Position numbers and translations under genes: made by a program. A stretch of 64,000 nucleotides of DNA from the human T2T-CHM13v2.0 reference genome, Homo sapiens. The DNA is taken from assembly GCF_009914755.1 (NCBI RefSeq), contig NC_060926.1; one strand, 5' to 3'. Positions 53,761 to 64,000 of the stretch are shown here, piece by piece (position 1 is the stretch's first letter; each line of letters starts with the position of its first letter). The notes below the pieces were generated by a model that searched no databases, had not been told where the DNA came from, and was given only the letters and a program-made list of their open reading frames with translations.

Positions 53761-54124
53761 AGAACTGGGCATATGTATATCATGTCCAAAACTCTAGGTA
53801 GACTACATAGATCAGGAGTCAAAATCTTAAAAGCCCACCAATGCTAGGAAGGCTGGGTAAATGAAAGAAGTGGGCTGGCTGCAAGACAATAGGGAATAGG
53901 CTGGCTGTAGGACAATAGGACCATGGATCTCAAAGTATAACTCACCTTAACTGGCAGTTATCACTTCACTCCGCCAGGTAATTGGTGCCAAGCAGTAGAT
54001 CTAGATCCTCCAACTTTTCAAGAAAAGCCAGAAATCCAGATAATTTATGGGAAACCCTTCAAGAGTTAGGAACCAAGCCAATGTTTTCAAATGCTGTGTT
54101 GGCTGAATAAAATATGTTGGTGGG

Positions 54125-54404
<280 letters not shown>

Positions 54405-54436
<32 letters not shown>

Positions 54437-54540
54437 ATATTTATGTATGTGTATATATATGTATATATATGTATGTATATATATATATATGTGTATATAT
54501 GTATGTATATATATATATATGTGTGTATATATATATATGT
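54405..54540. repeat. (TA)n/(TATG)n compound microsatellite
   Basis: direct reading. Confidence 0.93.
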
Positions 54541-55278
54541 CAGTGGGATGGACCTAACTTATGGGCTCCCAGTTTGCAGCCTCTGATGTGAACCTTTGAA
54601 AGGTATCATGTTTAACATCAGCTGTTTTGATTATTATATTAGTAGGAAAAGGAGATGCCCTGGAAGGTCTATGACATGAAGGAATTTATAATTGTCTTGA
54701 GGTGCAGATTTGAATCTGTCACTGGTTTGCAGTTAGTGAGTGATCCAACTACACACTGAGTGCTCAGTGTAACAGGACTTGATGTAAAGTGGTGAACATT
54801 TGATTGGGGCTTTGTACAGAAAACATGTGGCTCATGTTGGAAATGCAATTCAAAATAAAGCCAGCAGCCTAGATAAAAATTTCTACCATCACCAATGTGG
54901 AGGTTTGGGAAGGTCTCTGGATACTTTTGCCCAGAATCCTCAGGAAGATTTCTGACTTAATATGGATGGGAGAAAATGTGTGGTCTAGTTGAACATCAGG
55001 GCCAACCAAGGAACCAGGCTAGAATCTATTTACTTCCTAATGGCAGCACAGATCTCTTCTGAACCGGGTGCTCAGGTGAACAGAATGACATTCTCAGAAA
55101 GCAGATGCTTGTATTTGATAATGGGCTATGTGTGTGTGTAGACCTTTGCTCTTTTATGTCACAGCAGTTTTGGGGCACAATTAAGCGTGTGGGTAATAAT
55201 CCTAATTGTTTTTGACTTAAGGTGCCCCAACCAGTGTCTTTCCGGGGCATCCAAGCCCTTCTTTATTTTCTCCCCCAG

Positions 55279-55430
55279 ATCTCTAAGTGTGTCACACAGC
55301 AGTGCATAGATCGTTCTTATAGTTAGCATCACCTTCCTAGTCTTTGCTCGTCACCATGGTGGTCCCAACCTAAGCTTCGACGGCCAGCACCATTGGCAGA
55401 AAGAAGAGACTAAGGATGAGCTTGCCACTG
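55279..55430 (+). other. candidate 152-nt non-coding exon
   Basis: cccttctttattttctcccccag|AT acceptor; CTG|gtaagg donor; stops in all three frames. Confidence 0.35.
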
Positions 55431-57289
55431 GTAAGGAGAGGCCAGTGCTGATCGCCACTGCAGCTCTCCTCACTAAGGAGACGTAATTCTCTCAGCCTCT
55501 CTCTCCTCATCTGTAAACAGAAATGATAATATGGATTTCAGAATCCAAAGTGTCCAGTACAGTGTCTGGTATTCAGTAGGGACTCAATCATCTTCCCTCC
55601 CTTCCATTGTCCCCCATCTCTGTTTTTAAATTTTAACTAAATTTCAGTCTTGGAATCCAAATTTAGCATCTCCAAATCCTCCATCATTTCTCCCAGGAGG
55701 CCAAGTGTTGGATAGAAGGATGACTTCAGAGCCTTACCCCAATATCCCAGGATTCTCTAAATGGGAATGCACACTGAGTATTTTCCCCCGGAAATGCTGA
55801 CCCTTGCTACACTTAATAAATCAATTAGTAAGCACGGCCCATTTATTCTATGAACTTTGATTGCTTACCATATGTTCAGTGTGAGACATGGTTTTGGCTC
55901 ATGAGGGGCTGGCTGCCCAATGGGGAAGATCAGGCTTGTAAACAAAAAGTGCCATAAAGCATTGCAAATATGTATTGGGTGGCAGATGTTGGAGCCAGCT
56001 CACCCTCACATCTGGAAAAAATACACATTGCAATATTCTCTGAGCAATGTTTTCCCCCAAAATCTCTGTAAAAGTACTCAGTATGCTGAGTACTCAGGGC
56101 ATGCTGGCATTCCCCCATTGCCCTCAGACCTGATGAAGCCTGACGTCTTTTTTTGCAGCATGGTTAGTCTCTCTCCTACTGTAACAACAAGGCAGGAGAT
56201 TCTGTAGGTAATTAGGTTCAGTATGTCCATGTGTCCCACAGCTGTATCAACCTATGTGAATTTGGTTATGTCAAGGGACAGAGAAGAATACACCAGCCCG
56301 TTTCACAGAAGGAACAAGCTAACTCCAGTCAGAAGAGCTCAGGGCTGGGGACTTGGTCCTATTTGGTGAACTAAACATACGACTTTCCTCTTGATGTTTC
56401 CTGAGGGAAATGCCTCTCTCCTGGCTGACAGGCCTGGGGATAAATGGCCTGCAAACTCCTGTTTTCACACAGTACATCAGGTCTAAGTGAAAGGTTTGCG
56501 CTGCTGCCAAGAGCAGAAAATGATGCCTCGGCGTCACTTTCAGAAGAGAGGATGGCTTAAAGCAGACCCTGGCTCCCAGAGAGCTTTGGATAAGGCTGAG
56601 ATGATCACCTGGGGCCTCCCAGGACATCTGGTCTGAGAGGCCCACCCAGTGCCTCTCCTTCCAAGCAATTCTCAAGGCTGGAGAATGCCTTGCATGCTTC
56701 AGACATCTGGGATGTTATTCAGATCTCTGCCTTCTACCTCTCGGTGAAGAAAAATATGGACTATAAATGAAGATTACATGAAAATAAAAGCTGATCATTT
56801 CTTGGAGCTACTTTTCCACAGGAGCATCCAGGGTCTGGACACAATTGATCATTGTGTATCATGGCCATTAAGTAGGATGCTCTGACTTGAAATGTGGGGC
56901 AGCAGCCAACGGGGACAGATCTCAGCACTCTCTTCTGGATCACAGCCTGCCTCCTGGACCCCTTGGCCTTGCCAAGCTTGAGCTCTCCTCCAGACCTACT
57001 GTGGTTTTCTTGGCGTCCTGTGACTCACAAGTACCCATTGCTTTTCACTTTTCACTCTCCATTCTGCCCCCTAGGGAGGACCTTGCTTTCCTTCTCAGAT
57101 GCATTTCACCCTCAGCCCTCTCTGACTCTTTGACTGTCTGGCCAGTGACACTTTCCTCTCCTGGCAGTGCCCCAAGATGCCCATGTTATATGTCCTGCCT
57201 GGCCTTGCTGGCAGAGGCTGCTTCGTTTCTCTAGATTCTTCCTTTCCTCCTTCTTGAATGACTTTACAGGGACATCCTCACACTCTACA

Positions 57290-57495
57290 TTAACAGGCCC
57301 CAAATCCGGCCACTACAAGCCTGGACAGCAAATAGACAGACATATGGGAGTGGTGGGGACTGGGGCAAACTGAAGGGTACCTGCCCTTACTCAGCTTCAG
57401 AAATTACTGCCTTCTGGAATGCAGGAGTGTGATGCCAGTTCTTCTGTTTTTGAAAGAGAAATCAGAAATACAGACTTTTATGTGAATCTTCTATT
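57290..57495 (+). mobile_element. MER102-like fragment
   Basis: gggagtggtggggactggggcaaactg...gagaaatcagaaatacagacttttatgtgaatct. Confidence 0.65.
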
Positions 57496-57703
57496 AAAAT
57501 ATTTTTATTGAGTTAATATGTATGCATGTTAAAAAAGAATTCTAATAGTATTAAAGGTTTATGATAAAAACATAGCACAATCCTGCCACCCTCTTCCCCA
57601 CCACCAGTAACTCGTATAGTTTTTTTTTTTTTGGCATTTACCCTCTTTCTTGACAGGGTCAGTTTATGAATTTTAGACATAATCTGGCCACTCCTTTCTT
57701 AAG

Positions 57704-58214
57704 TTTTATTTCATTTTTAATTGACAACTAATTATTGTATATATTTATGGGGTACAAAGTGATGTTTTGATATGTGTATATACATTGTGGAATGATCAGA
57801 TTAGACTAACATATCCATCACCTCAAATGCTTATCATTTCTTTGTGGTGAGAACATTTAAAAATCCACTCTTTTAGCTATTTTGATATATACACTGCAAT
57901 ATTACTAACTATAGTCACTATGCTGGATAATAGATCAACAGAACTTATTTTTCCTGCCTAACCAGAACTTTGCTCTCTTTGGCTAGCATCTCTTCTTTTC
58001 CTGTCCACCCTCCCTCCTCTTTGCCTCTGATAATCAGTATTCTAGTCTCTGCTTCTGTGAGTTGGATGTTTTTAGATTACACTTATACGTGAGATCATGT
58101 GATATTTGTCTTTCTGTGTTTGGTTTATTTCACTTAGCATAATGTCTTCTGGGTTCGTTCATGTTATTGCAAATGACATGATTCCTGCTTTTTAAAGGCT
58201 GAATACTATTCCAT

Positions 58215-58245
<31 letters not shown>

Positions 58246-58789
58246 TGTATATGTATATATTCAGTATATATGTATATGTGAATATACATATATATGTATA
58301 TATGTGAATATTAGTTTATATGTATATACATATCTACTAAATTTTTTTAATCAATTCATCCATTGGTGGGCACTTCAGTTGTTACCTTGTCTTTGCTATT
58401 GTGAGTGATGCTGCAAGGAACGTGGGAGAGAAGACAGCTTTTGGACATACTGATTTCAATGTACTTTATTTTCCTTTTTTTTTTTTTTTTTTTTAACCAA
58501 ACACTGACTCAAACCAGATGATTTCAAATTCTTTGGCTATATACCCAGAAGTGGGACTGCTGAATCATACGGTAATTCTTTTTTTAGTTTTTTGAGGAGG
58601 CTTCACAGTCTTTTCTAAAATGGCTGTACTAATTTACATTCCCACCAACAGTGTACAGGGTTCCCTTTACTTCACATCCTTGCCAACACTTGTTATCTTT
58701 CATCTTTTGGATAATAGCCAGTCTAACAGGTGTAACATGATATCTCATTGTGGTTTTAATTTGCATTTCTCTGATGATTAGAGATGTTG
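57704..58789 (-). mobile_element. L1MA-type 3' end
   Basis: attgtatatatttatggggtacaa...catatccatcacctcaaat...atttacattcccaccaacagtgta...ctcattgtggttttaatttgcatttctctgatgatta. Confidence 0.92.
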
Positions 58790-59782
58790 ACCTAGAAGAA
58801 ACTAATAAATTCCTAGAAACATATAACTTACTAAGACTAGATCATGAAGAAATTAGAAATCTGAACAGACCATAATGAGTAAAGACATTCAATGAGAATT
58901 AATGTCTCCCATCAGAGAAAAGCCCAGGACAAGATGGCTTCACAGCTAAATTTTACAAAATATTTAAAGAACTAATACCAGTTCTTCTCAAACTCTTCCA
59001 AAAAATTGATGAGGAGGAAATACTTCCAAACACGCTTTAAAAGCCTAGCCTCCCTCTGATACGAAAGCCAGACAAAGACACAAGAAAAGAAAACTACAGA
59101 CCAATATCACTGATGAACATAGACGCAAAATCCTCAGGAAAATACTAGCAAACCTTATTCAACAGTACATTAAAAGGATTATTCACTATGATCAAGTCTG
59201 ACTTACCCCTAAGAGGCAAGCATGGCTCAAGAAATGCAAATCAATAAATGTGATTCACCATATTAATAAGAGACAAAACCATATGATCATCTCAATAGAT
59301 GCAGAGAAAGCCACTGACAAAATTCAATGTAATTTCATAATAAAATTTCTCAAAAATTAGGTATAGAAGGAATGCACCTCAACATAATGAAGATCATATA
59401 TGCGAAGCCCATATATGGGGCTATCTAACATTATACCCAAAGGTGAAAAGTTGAAAGCTTTTCCTCTAAGATCTGGAACAAGGTAAGTATGCCCACCCTC
59501 ACTGCTTCTCAACATAGTATTGGAAGTCCTTGCCAGAGCTGAAAGACAAGGGAAAGATATAAAAGGCATCCAAATAAAAACAGGAAGTGAAACTGTCACT
59601 GTTTGGTGATGACATAATCTTACATTAAATAATTTATCCAAAACACTATTAGAACCAATAAATGAATTCAGCAAAGTTGCAGAATAAAAAAATCAGCTTA
59701 CAAAAATCTGTAGGGTTTCTACACACTGACAATGAGGTATCTGAAAAATAAATTAAGAAAATAATCCTATATACATAGCAAT
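58790..59782 (+). pseudogene. decayed L1 ORF2 segment (reverse-transcriptase region), opposite orientation to the adjoining 3' end
   Basis: aaagcccaggacaagatggcttcac (KSPG-DGF), aactacagaccaatatcactgatgaacatagac (NYRPISLMNID), atgatcatctcaatagatgcagagaaagc ([10 protein letters not shown]); frameshifts and stops. Confidence 0.92.
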
Positions 59783-59789
59783 AATACTC

Positions 59790-60830
59790 TATCATTACAG
59801 TTGCATGAACTTCCATTCCCACGTTCACTTCTTTGTCATCTCAATATTATTATACCAGAATTGTTTTTTAAATTGATAGTCAAAATTTGTATCATCACCA
59901 CTATACAAAAAAATTAACAGACTAGATATTTTACTAGATTGCATTTTCTTTTTCAAACTTTCATTTTTCATCTTTCCTGGAATTAACAATGGCTTTATGA
60001 TTTTATTTCCCTGGCTTTTTTTTTTTCCCCAAAGTTTCCAATAGCTCGCTCAAAAATACACCATTATTTTCTACAATGTCAATGTGTCGATTCCACTATT
60101 TCCTTGAAGACAGTGGACTTTTGTTCTGGTCTGAATGAATAACTTCTTAGATCTGCTATGTAATTGTCATCCTGAGATTTTCCTTTGCTACTTTCCAGCA
60201 TTGAATTCCTGTATTCTGTTGTATTTTTTCCCCTATTTGGTTTTTCCAGAGTATATACTCTAGTAGCTTTCCCAGAAAGGGTACACAAGAAGTACATTTT
60301 TTTGTCTTATTTGCCTAAAAATGTCTTTATTCTGTCTATAAAGTTGATTATTTTTACTAAGTATAGAATCCTAGATTGAAAATTCAAAATAATTATTCTT
60401 AGAATATTGAAGGCATTGTTTAATTATCTTTGAATCTCCAATATTGTTATTTTGGATTCTCAGTCTCTACTATGTGACCTGCTATGCTGTTTTCCTACAG
60501 ACTTTTGGTATCTTATCTTTGCTTATAGTGTTTCAAAATTTCAATTATGTGTCTTGATTCTCTTGTATTCATTGCACTTCATACCCAATGAGCCCTTCAT
60601 CATGAATACCAGATAAGCCTACCAACTTGGAGGATAATTCTCTTCCCTTCTGAGGTGTTTTCTTAATTGCTGGATAATTTTTTTTCTGCTAGTTTATTCT
60701 TTTTTCCAAGCACTTCTATCATTTGAATATTGGGCTTCTTGGACTAGATCTTAAACTTTTAACTTTTCTCTCTTTTCTCTTTACACGTTTGTTCCACTTT
60801 CTGCATTGTTTTCTCATCTCTTTCAGTGGT
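59790..60830 (-). mobile_element. HAL1/old L1 ORF1-like remnant (other pieces ~57500-57700 and ~63060-63750)
   Basis: tagtagctttcccagaaagggtacac...aaaatgtctttattct...gtatagaatcctagattgaaaat...tattgaaggcattg. Confidence 0.6.
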
Positions 60831-60837
60831 TTTGTAC

Positions 60838-61356
60838 TGTATCAGCTTGCTTAACTCAGAACTATGTTTTCTGGAATCCTCTTCCATGAGTGGTTCCATG
60901 GTGCTGATTTTCTACTGTGATTTTCTACTGGTCTCCTTGGTTACATTGAAACTATGTTTCCAAATCTCTTTCCCTGTATGGTTTGGAGTTACAGCCAGTC
61001 CAAAGAGAATCCATGTAAGATTGAGAGGTGGACATGAAGCAGCAGCCATCACATGCTGGATGTCACCATGATTAGAGGAAGTGAGTGGTGGGGACAGATT
61101 CACAGGTGTCAGTGGATCCGTGTTCCACATGCTGTTCCCTCCCTGTGTCCAGCTCTTCTTTCCTACCATTGGTCCTGCTGCCCATCAGTGATCACAGAAG
61201 CTGGCACTAGGAAAAGAAGGCAGCCTTTCACAAATGTGTGCCCCAGCAACCCTTCATAGCTCCATGCCAGCAGCTGAAAGTACCTAAAATCCAGATGTCC
61301 CCGAAGTCTCCAACTTATCCACCTGCCCTAGTGCTGTAGGAAGGCTAGTTAGGGAC
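60838..61356 (+). mobile_element. MLT2F-like LTR, 3'-truncated
   Basis: aactatgtttccaaatctctttccctgtatggttt...tgaagcagcagccat. Confidence 0.6.
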
Positions 61357-61725
61357 TGTATTCGTCTGTTTTCATGCTACTGATAAAAACATGCCCGAGA
61401 CTGGAAAGAAAAAGAGGTTTAATGGACTTACAGTTCCATACGGCTGGGGAGGCCTCACAATCATGGTGGAAGGCAAGGAGGAGCAAGAGGAGCAAGAGGA
61501 GCAAGTCACGTCCTACATGGATGGCAGCAGGCAGGGAGCTTGTGACGGGAAACTCCCATTTTTAAAACCATCTGATCTCATGAGACTCATTCACTGTCAC
61601 AAGAACAGCACAGCAAAAACCGTCGCCCATATTTCAATCACCTCCCACTGGGTTCCTCCCATGACACATGGGAACTGTGGGAGTTACAATTCAAGATGAG
61701 ATTTGGGTGGGGACACAGCCAAACC
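61357..61725 (-). mobile_element. THE1 (B-like) LTR
   Basis: tgtattcgtctgttttcatgctactgataaa...ggggaggcctcacaatcatggtggaaggcaa...caagatgagatttgggtggggacacagccaaacc. Confidence 0.92.
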
Positions 61726-62945
61726 CTGCCCTTCCCAAATCTCATGTCCTCACATTTCAAAATCTATCATACCTTCCCAACAGTCCCCCAAAGCCTTAAC
61801 TCATTTCAGCATTAACTCACAAGTCCACAGTTCTATGTCTCATCTGAGACAAGGCAAGTCCCTTCTGCCTATGAGCCTGTAAAATCAAAGGCAGGTTACT
61901 TACTTCCTAGATACAGTGGGGATCTAGGATGTGGGTACAGGCATTGGGTAAAGACAGCCATTGCAAATGGGAGAACTTGGTCAAAACACAGGGGCTACAG
62001 ACCCCATGCAAGTCCAGTATCCAGCAGAACAGTCAAATCTTTAAGCTCCAAAATGATTTCCTTTGACTACATGTCTTGTATCCGGGTCGCACTGATGCAA
62101 GAGGTGAGTTCCCATGGCCTTGAGCAGCTTCACTCCTGTGGCTTTGCAGGGTACAGCCTCCCTCACAACTGCTTCATGGGCTGATGTTGAGTGTGGCTTT
62201 TTCAGGCACATGATGCCAGCAGACGGTGGATCTACCATTCTGGGGTGTGGAGGATGGTGGTCCTCTTCTCACAGCTCCACTAGGCGGTGCCCAAGTAGGG
62301 ACTCTGTCTGGGAGCTCCAACCCCACATTTCTCTGCTGCACTGCCCTAGCAGAAGTTCTCCATGACAGCCCCACCCCTGTAGCAAACTTCTGCCTGGACA
62401 TCCAGGTGTTTCCATACATCCCCTGAAATCTAAGTGGAGGTTCCCAAACCTCAATTCTTGACTTCTGGGCACCCACACAGAACACCACATGGAAGCTTCC
62501 AAGGCTTGGGGCTTGCACCCTCTGAAGCCATGACCTGAGCTGTACCCTTTTAGTCATGGCTGGAGCAGCTGGGATGCAGGACACCAAGTCCCTAAACTGC
62601 ACACAGCACAGGGACACTTGGTCTGGCCCATGAAACCATTTTTTCCTCCTAGAGCTCTGGGTCTGTGATGGGAGAGGCTGCTGCGAAGACCCCTGACATG
62701 CCCCGGAGACATTTTTCCCAGTGTCTTGGGGATTAACATTTGGCTTCTCATTACTTATGCATATTTCTGCAGCCAGTTTGAATTTCTACTTAGAAAATGG
62801 GATTTTCTTTTCTATCACATTGTCAGGCTGCAAATTTTCCAAACTTTTATGCTCTACTTCCCTTATAAAACGGAATGCATTTAACGGCACCCAAGTCACA
62901 TCTTGAATGCTTTGCTGCTTAGAAATTTCTTCCACCAGATACCCT
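61726..62945 (-). mobile_element. THE1 internal region, truncated, second LTR absent
   Basis: cccaaatctcatgtcctcacatttcaaaa...gcctatgagcctgtaaaatcaaa...ttagaaatttcttccaccagataccct. Confidence 0.92.
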
Positions 62946-63057
62946 ACCAACACCTTGGTTTCAGACTTATGGCCTCTTGAACTGTGAAACAATTTTTTTA
63001 TTTTAAGCTACCCAATTTTTGATCACTTTTATGAGGCAGCTATAGGAAACGAGTACA
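62942..63057 (+). mobile_element. MLT1 LTR 3' terminal fragment
   Basis: caacaccttggtttcagacttatggcctcttgaactgtga...ttttaagctaccca...gcagctataggaaacgagtaca. Confidence 0.75.
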
Positions 63058-63155
63058 GTATTTTTTCTTGTTTCATGCCTTCTTTTCTTCCTCTAAGTTG
63101 TTGATTACATCTCTTAAAGTTTTTTTTCTAATTCATGTATTCTATTTCTTCAGGT

Positions 63156-63232
63156 TCCTCCTCCTCCTCCTCCTTCTCCTTCTTCTCCTTCTCCTTGCTT
63201 CTTCCTTCTTCCTTCTACCTCTTCGTCTTCTT
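63156..63232. repeat. (CTC/CTT)n polypyrimidine low-complexity tract
   Basis: direct reading. Confidence 0.85.
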
Positions 63233-63759
63233 TTGGTCTTTGACTTTTCTCTTGGTGATTTTTATCTTATTACTTGTGATCCTTGGTTGGCAGTGAAAGT
63301 TTAGGAATGGAGCACTAAAAGTTAGTTGGAGGCTCTGTGTATATAGGGAGACTTGTTAACTTGTGGGCTCCTCTGAAGAGCAGTTAAGCAGTAAGCCACA
63401 TTTTCACTGGTGGGGATGGGGAGCGCCTAAGTTCAGCCTGTTTACATGTTTTGTCCATGGGACCATTCAGTTTATTTTAAGACTTATCCCCCAACCTCCT
63501 GCCTTCTATTCATTAGCCAAACTACTGGAATTCTTTAAACAGGGCAGGGAAAATTATTGAGAATGCATTCATTAGTAGACAGATTCTCCCTCAATTCTCT
63601 TATTTTCTCCTATGTCTCAGTGTCTCCCACAACAAACTTGAGATTGCGTTACCAAGCCTGGAGGCTGGCTGCCTGGCTGCTTAGGATGTTGGAGGGCAGA
63701 GGCTCTACTATTCTATATACAACTATCCAATCAATTACCTTGTTTTCCATCTTACACGT

Positions 63760-64000
63760 TGTGATGGTTAATTTTATGTGTCAGCTTGACAGGGCCAAGA
63801 GATGCCCAGGTAGCTGGTAAAATGTTATTTCTGGGCATGTCTGTGAAATTGTCTCCAGCAGACAGTAGCATTTGAATCAGTAAACTGAGTAAGGAAGACC
63901 TGCCCTTAACAACGTGGGCAGGCATTATCCAATCCATTGAGGGTCTAAATAGAATAAAAAGGCAAAGGAAGTGTGGGTTTTCTCGCTCTTACTGAGCTGA
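63760..64000 (+). mobile_element. MLT2 (B/C/D-like) ERVL LTR, runs off the window
   Basis: tgtgatggttaattttatgtgtcagcttgac...gcatttgaatcagtaaactgagtaaggaaga. Confidence 0.88.

Noticed and set aside
58790-59782. Functional reverse transcriptase
   Set aside because: A partial ORF2 with multiple stops and frameshifts; no long ORF on that strand in the track.
62041-62992. 147-aa and neighbouring ORFs
   Set aside because: Fragments of the THE1 internal region, not a host gene.

Overview
Primate (almost certainly human) non-coding genomic DNA, intronic or intergenic. It contains Alu J/S/Y, MIR, L2, L1/HAL1, CR1, MaLR/ERVL/ERV1 LTRs, hAT MITEs and microsatellites. I see no recognisable protein-coding gene, RNA gene, CpG island or CRISPR array. 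The supplied ORFs look like chance or repeat-derived frames, and the only protein-related remnant is a decayed L1 ORF2 segment. I cannot support a novel biological system here. The features most worth checking are: a ~160-bp dispersed duplication about 1 kb apart; several well-formed candidate (lncRNA-type) exons; repeat-poor, motif-dense enhancer-like blocks; a consensus CTCF core; a very young AluY in a close inverted Alu pair; and rearranged or nested retroelements at 57.5-63.8 kb. Repeat family names come from my recall of consensus sequences, not a search. Boundaries of old repeats are approximate. The locus cannot be named from sequence alone.
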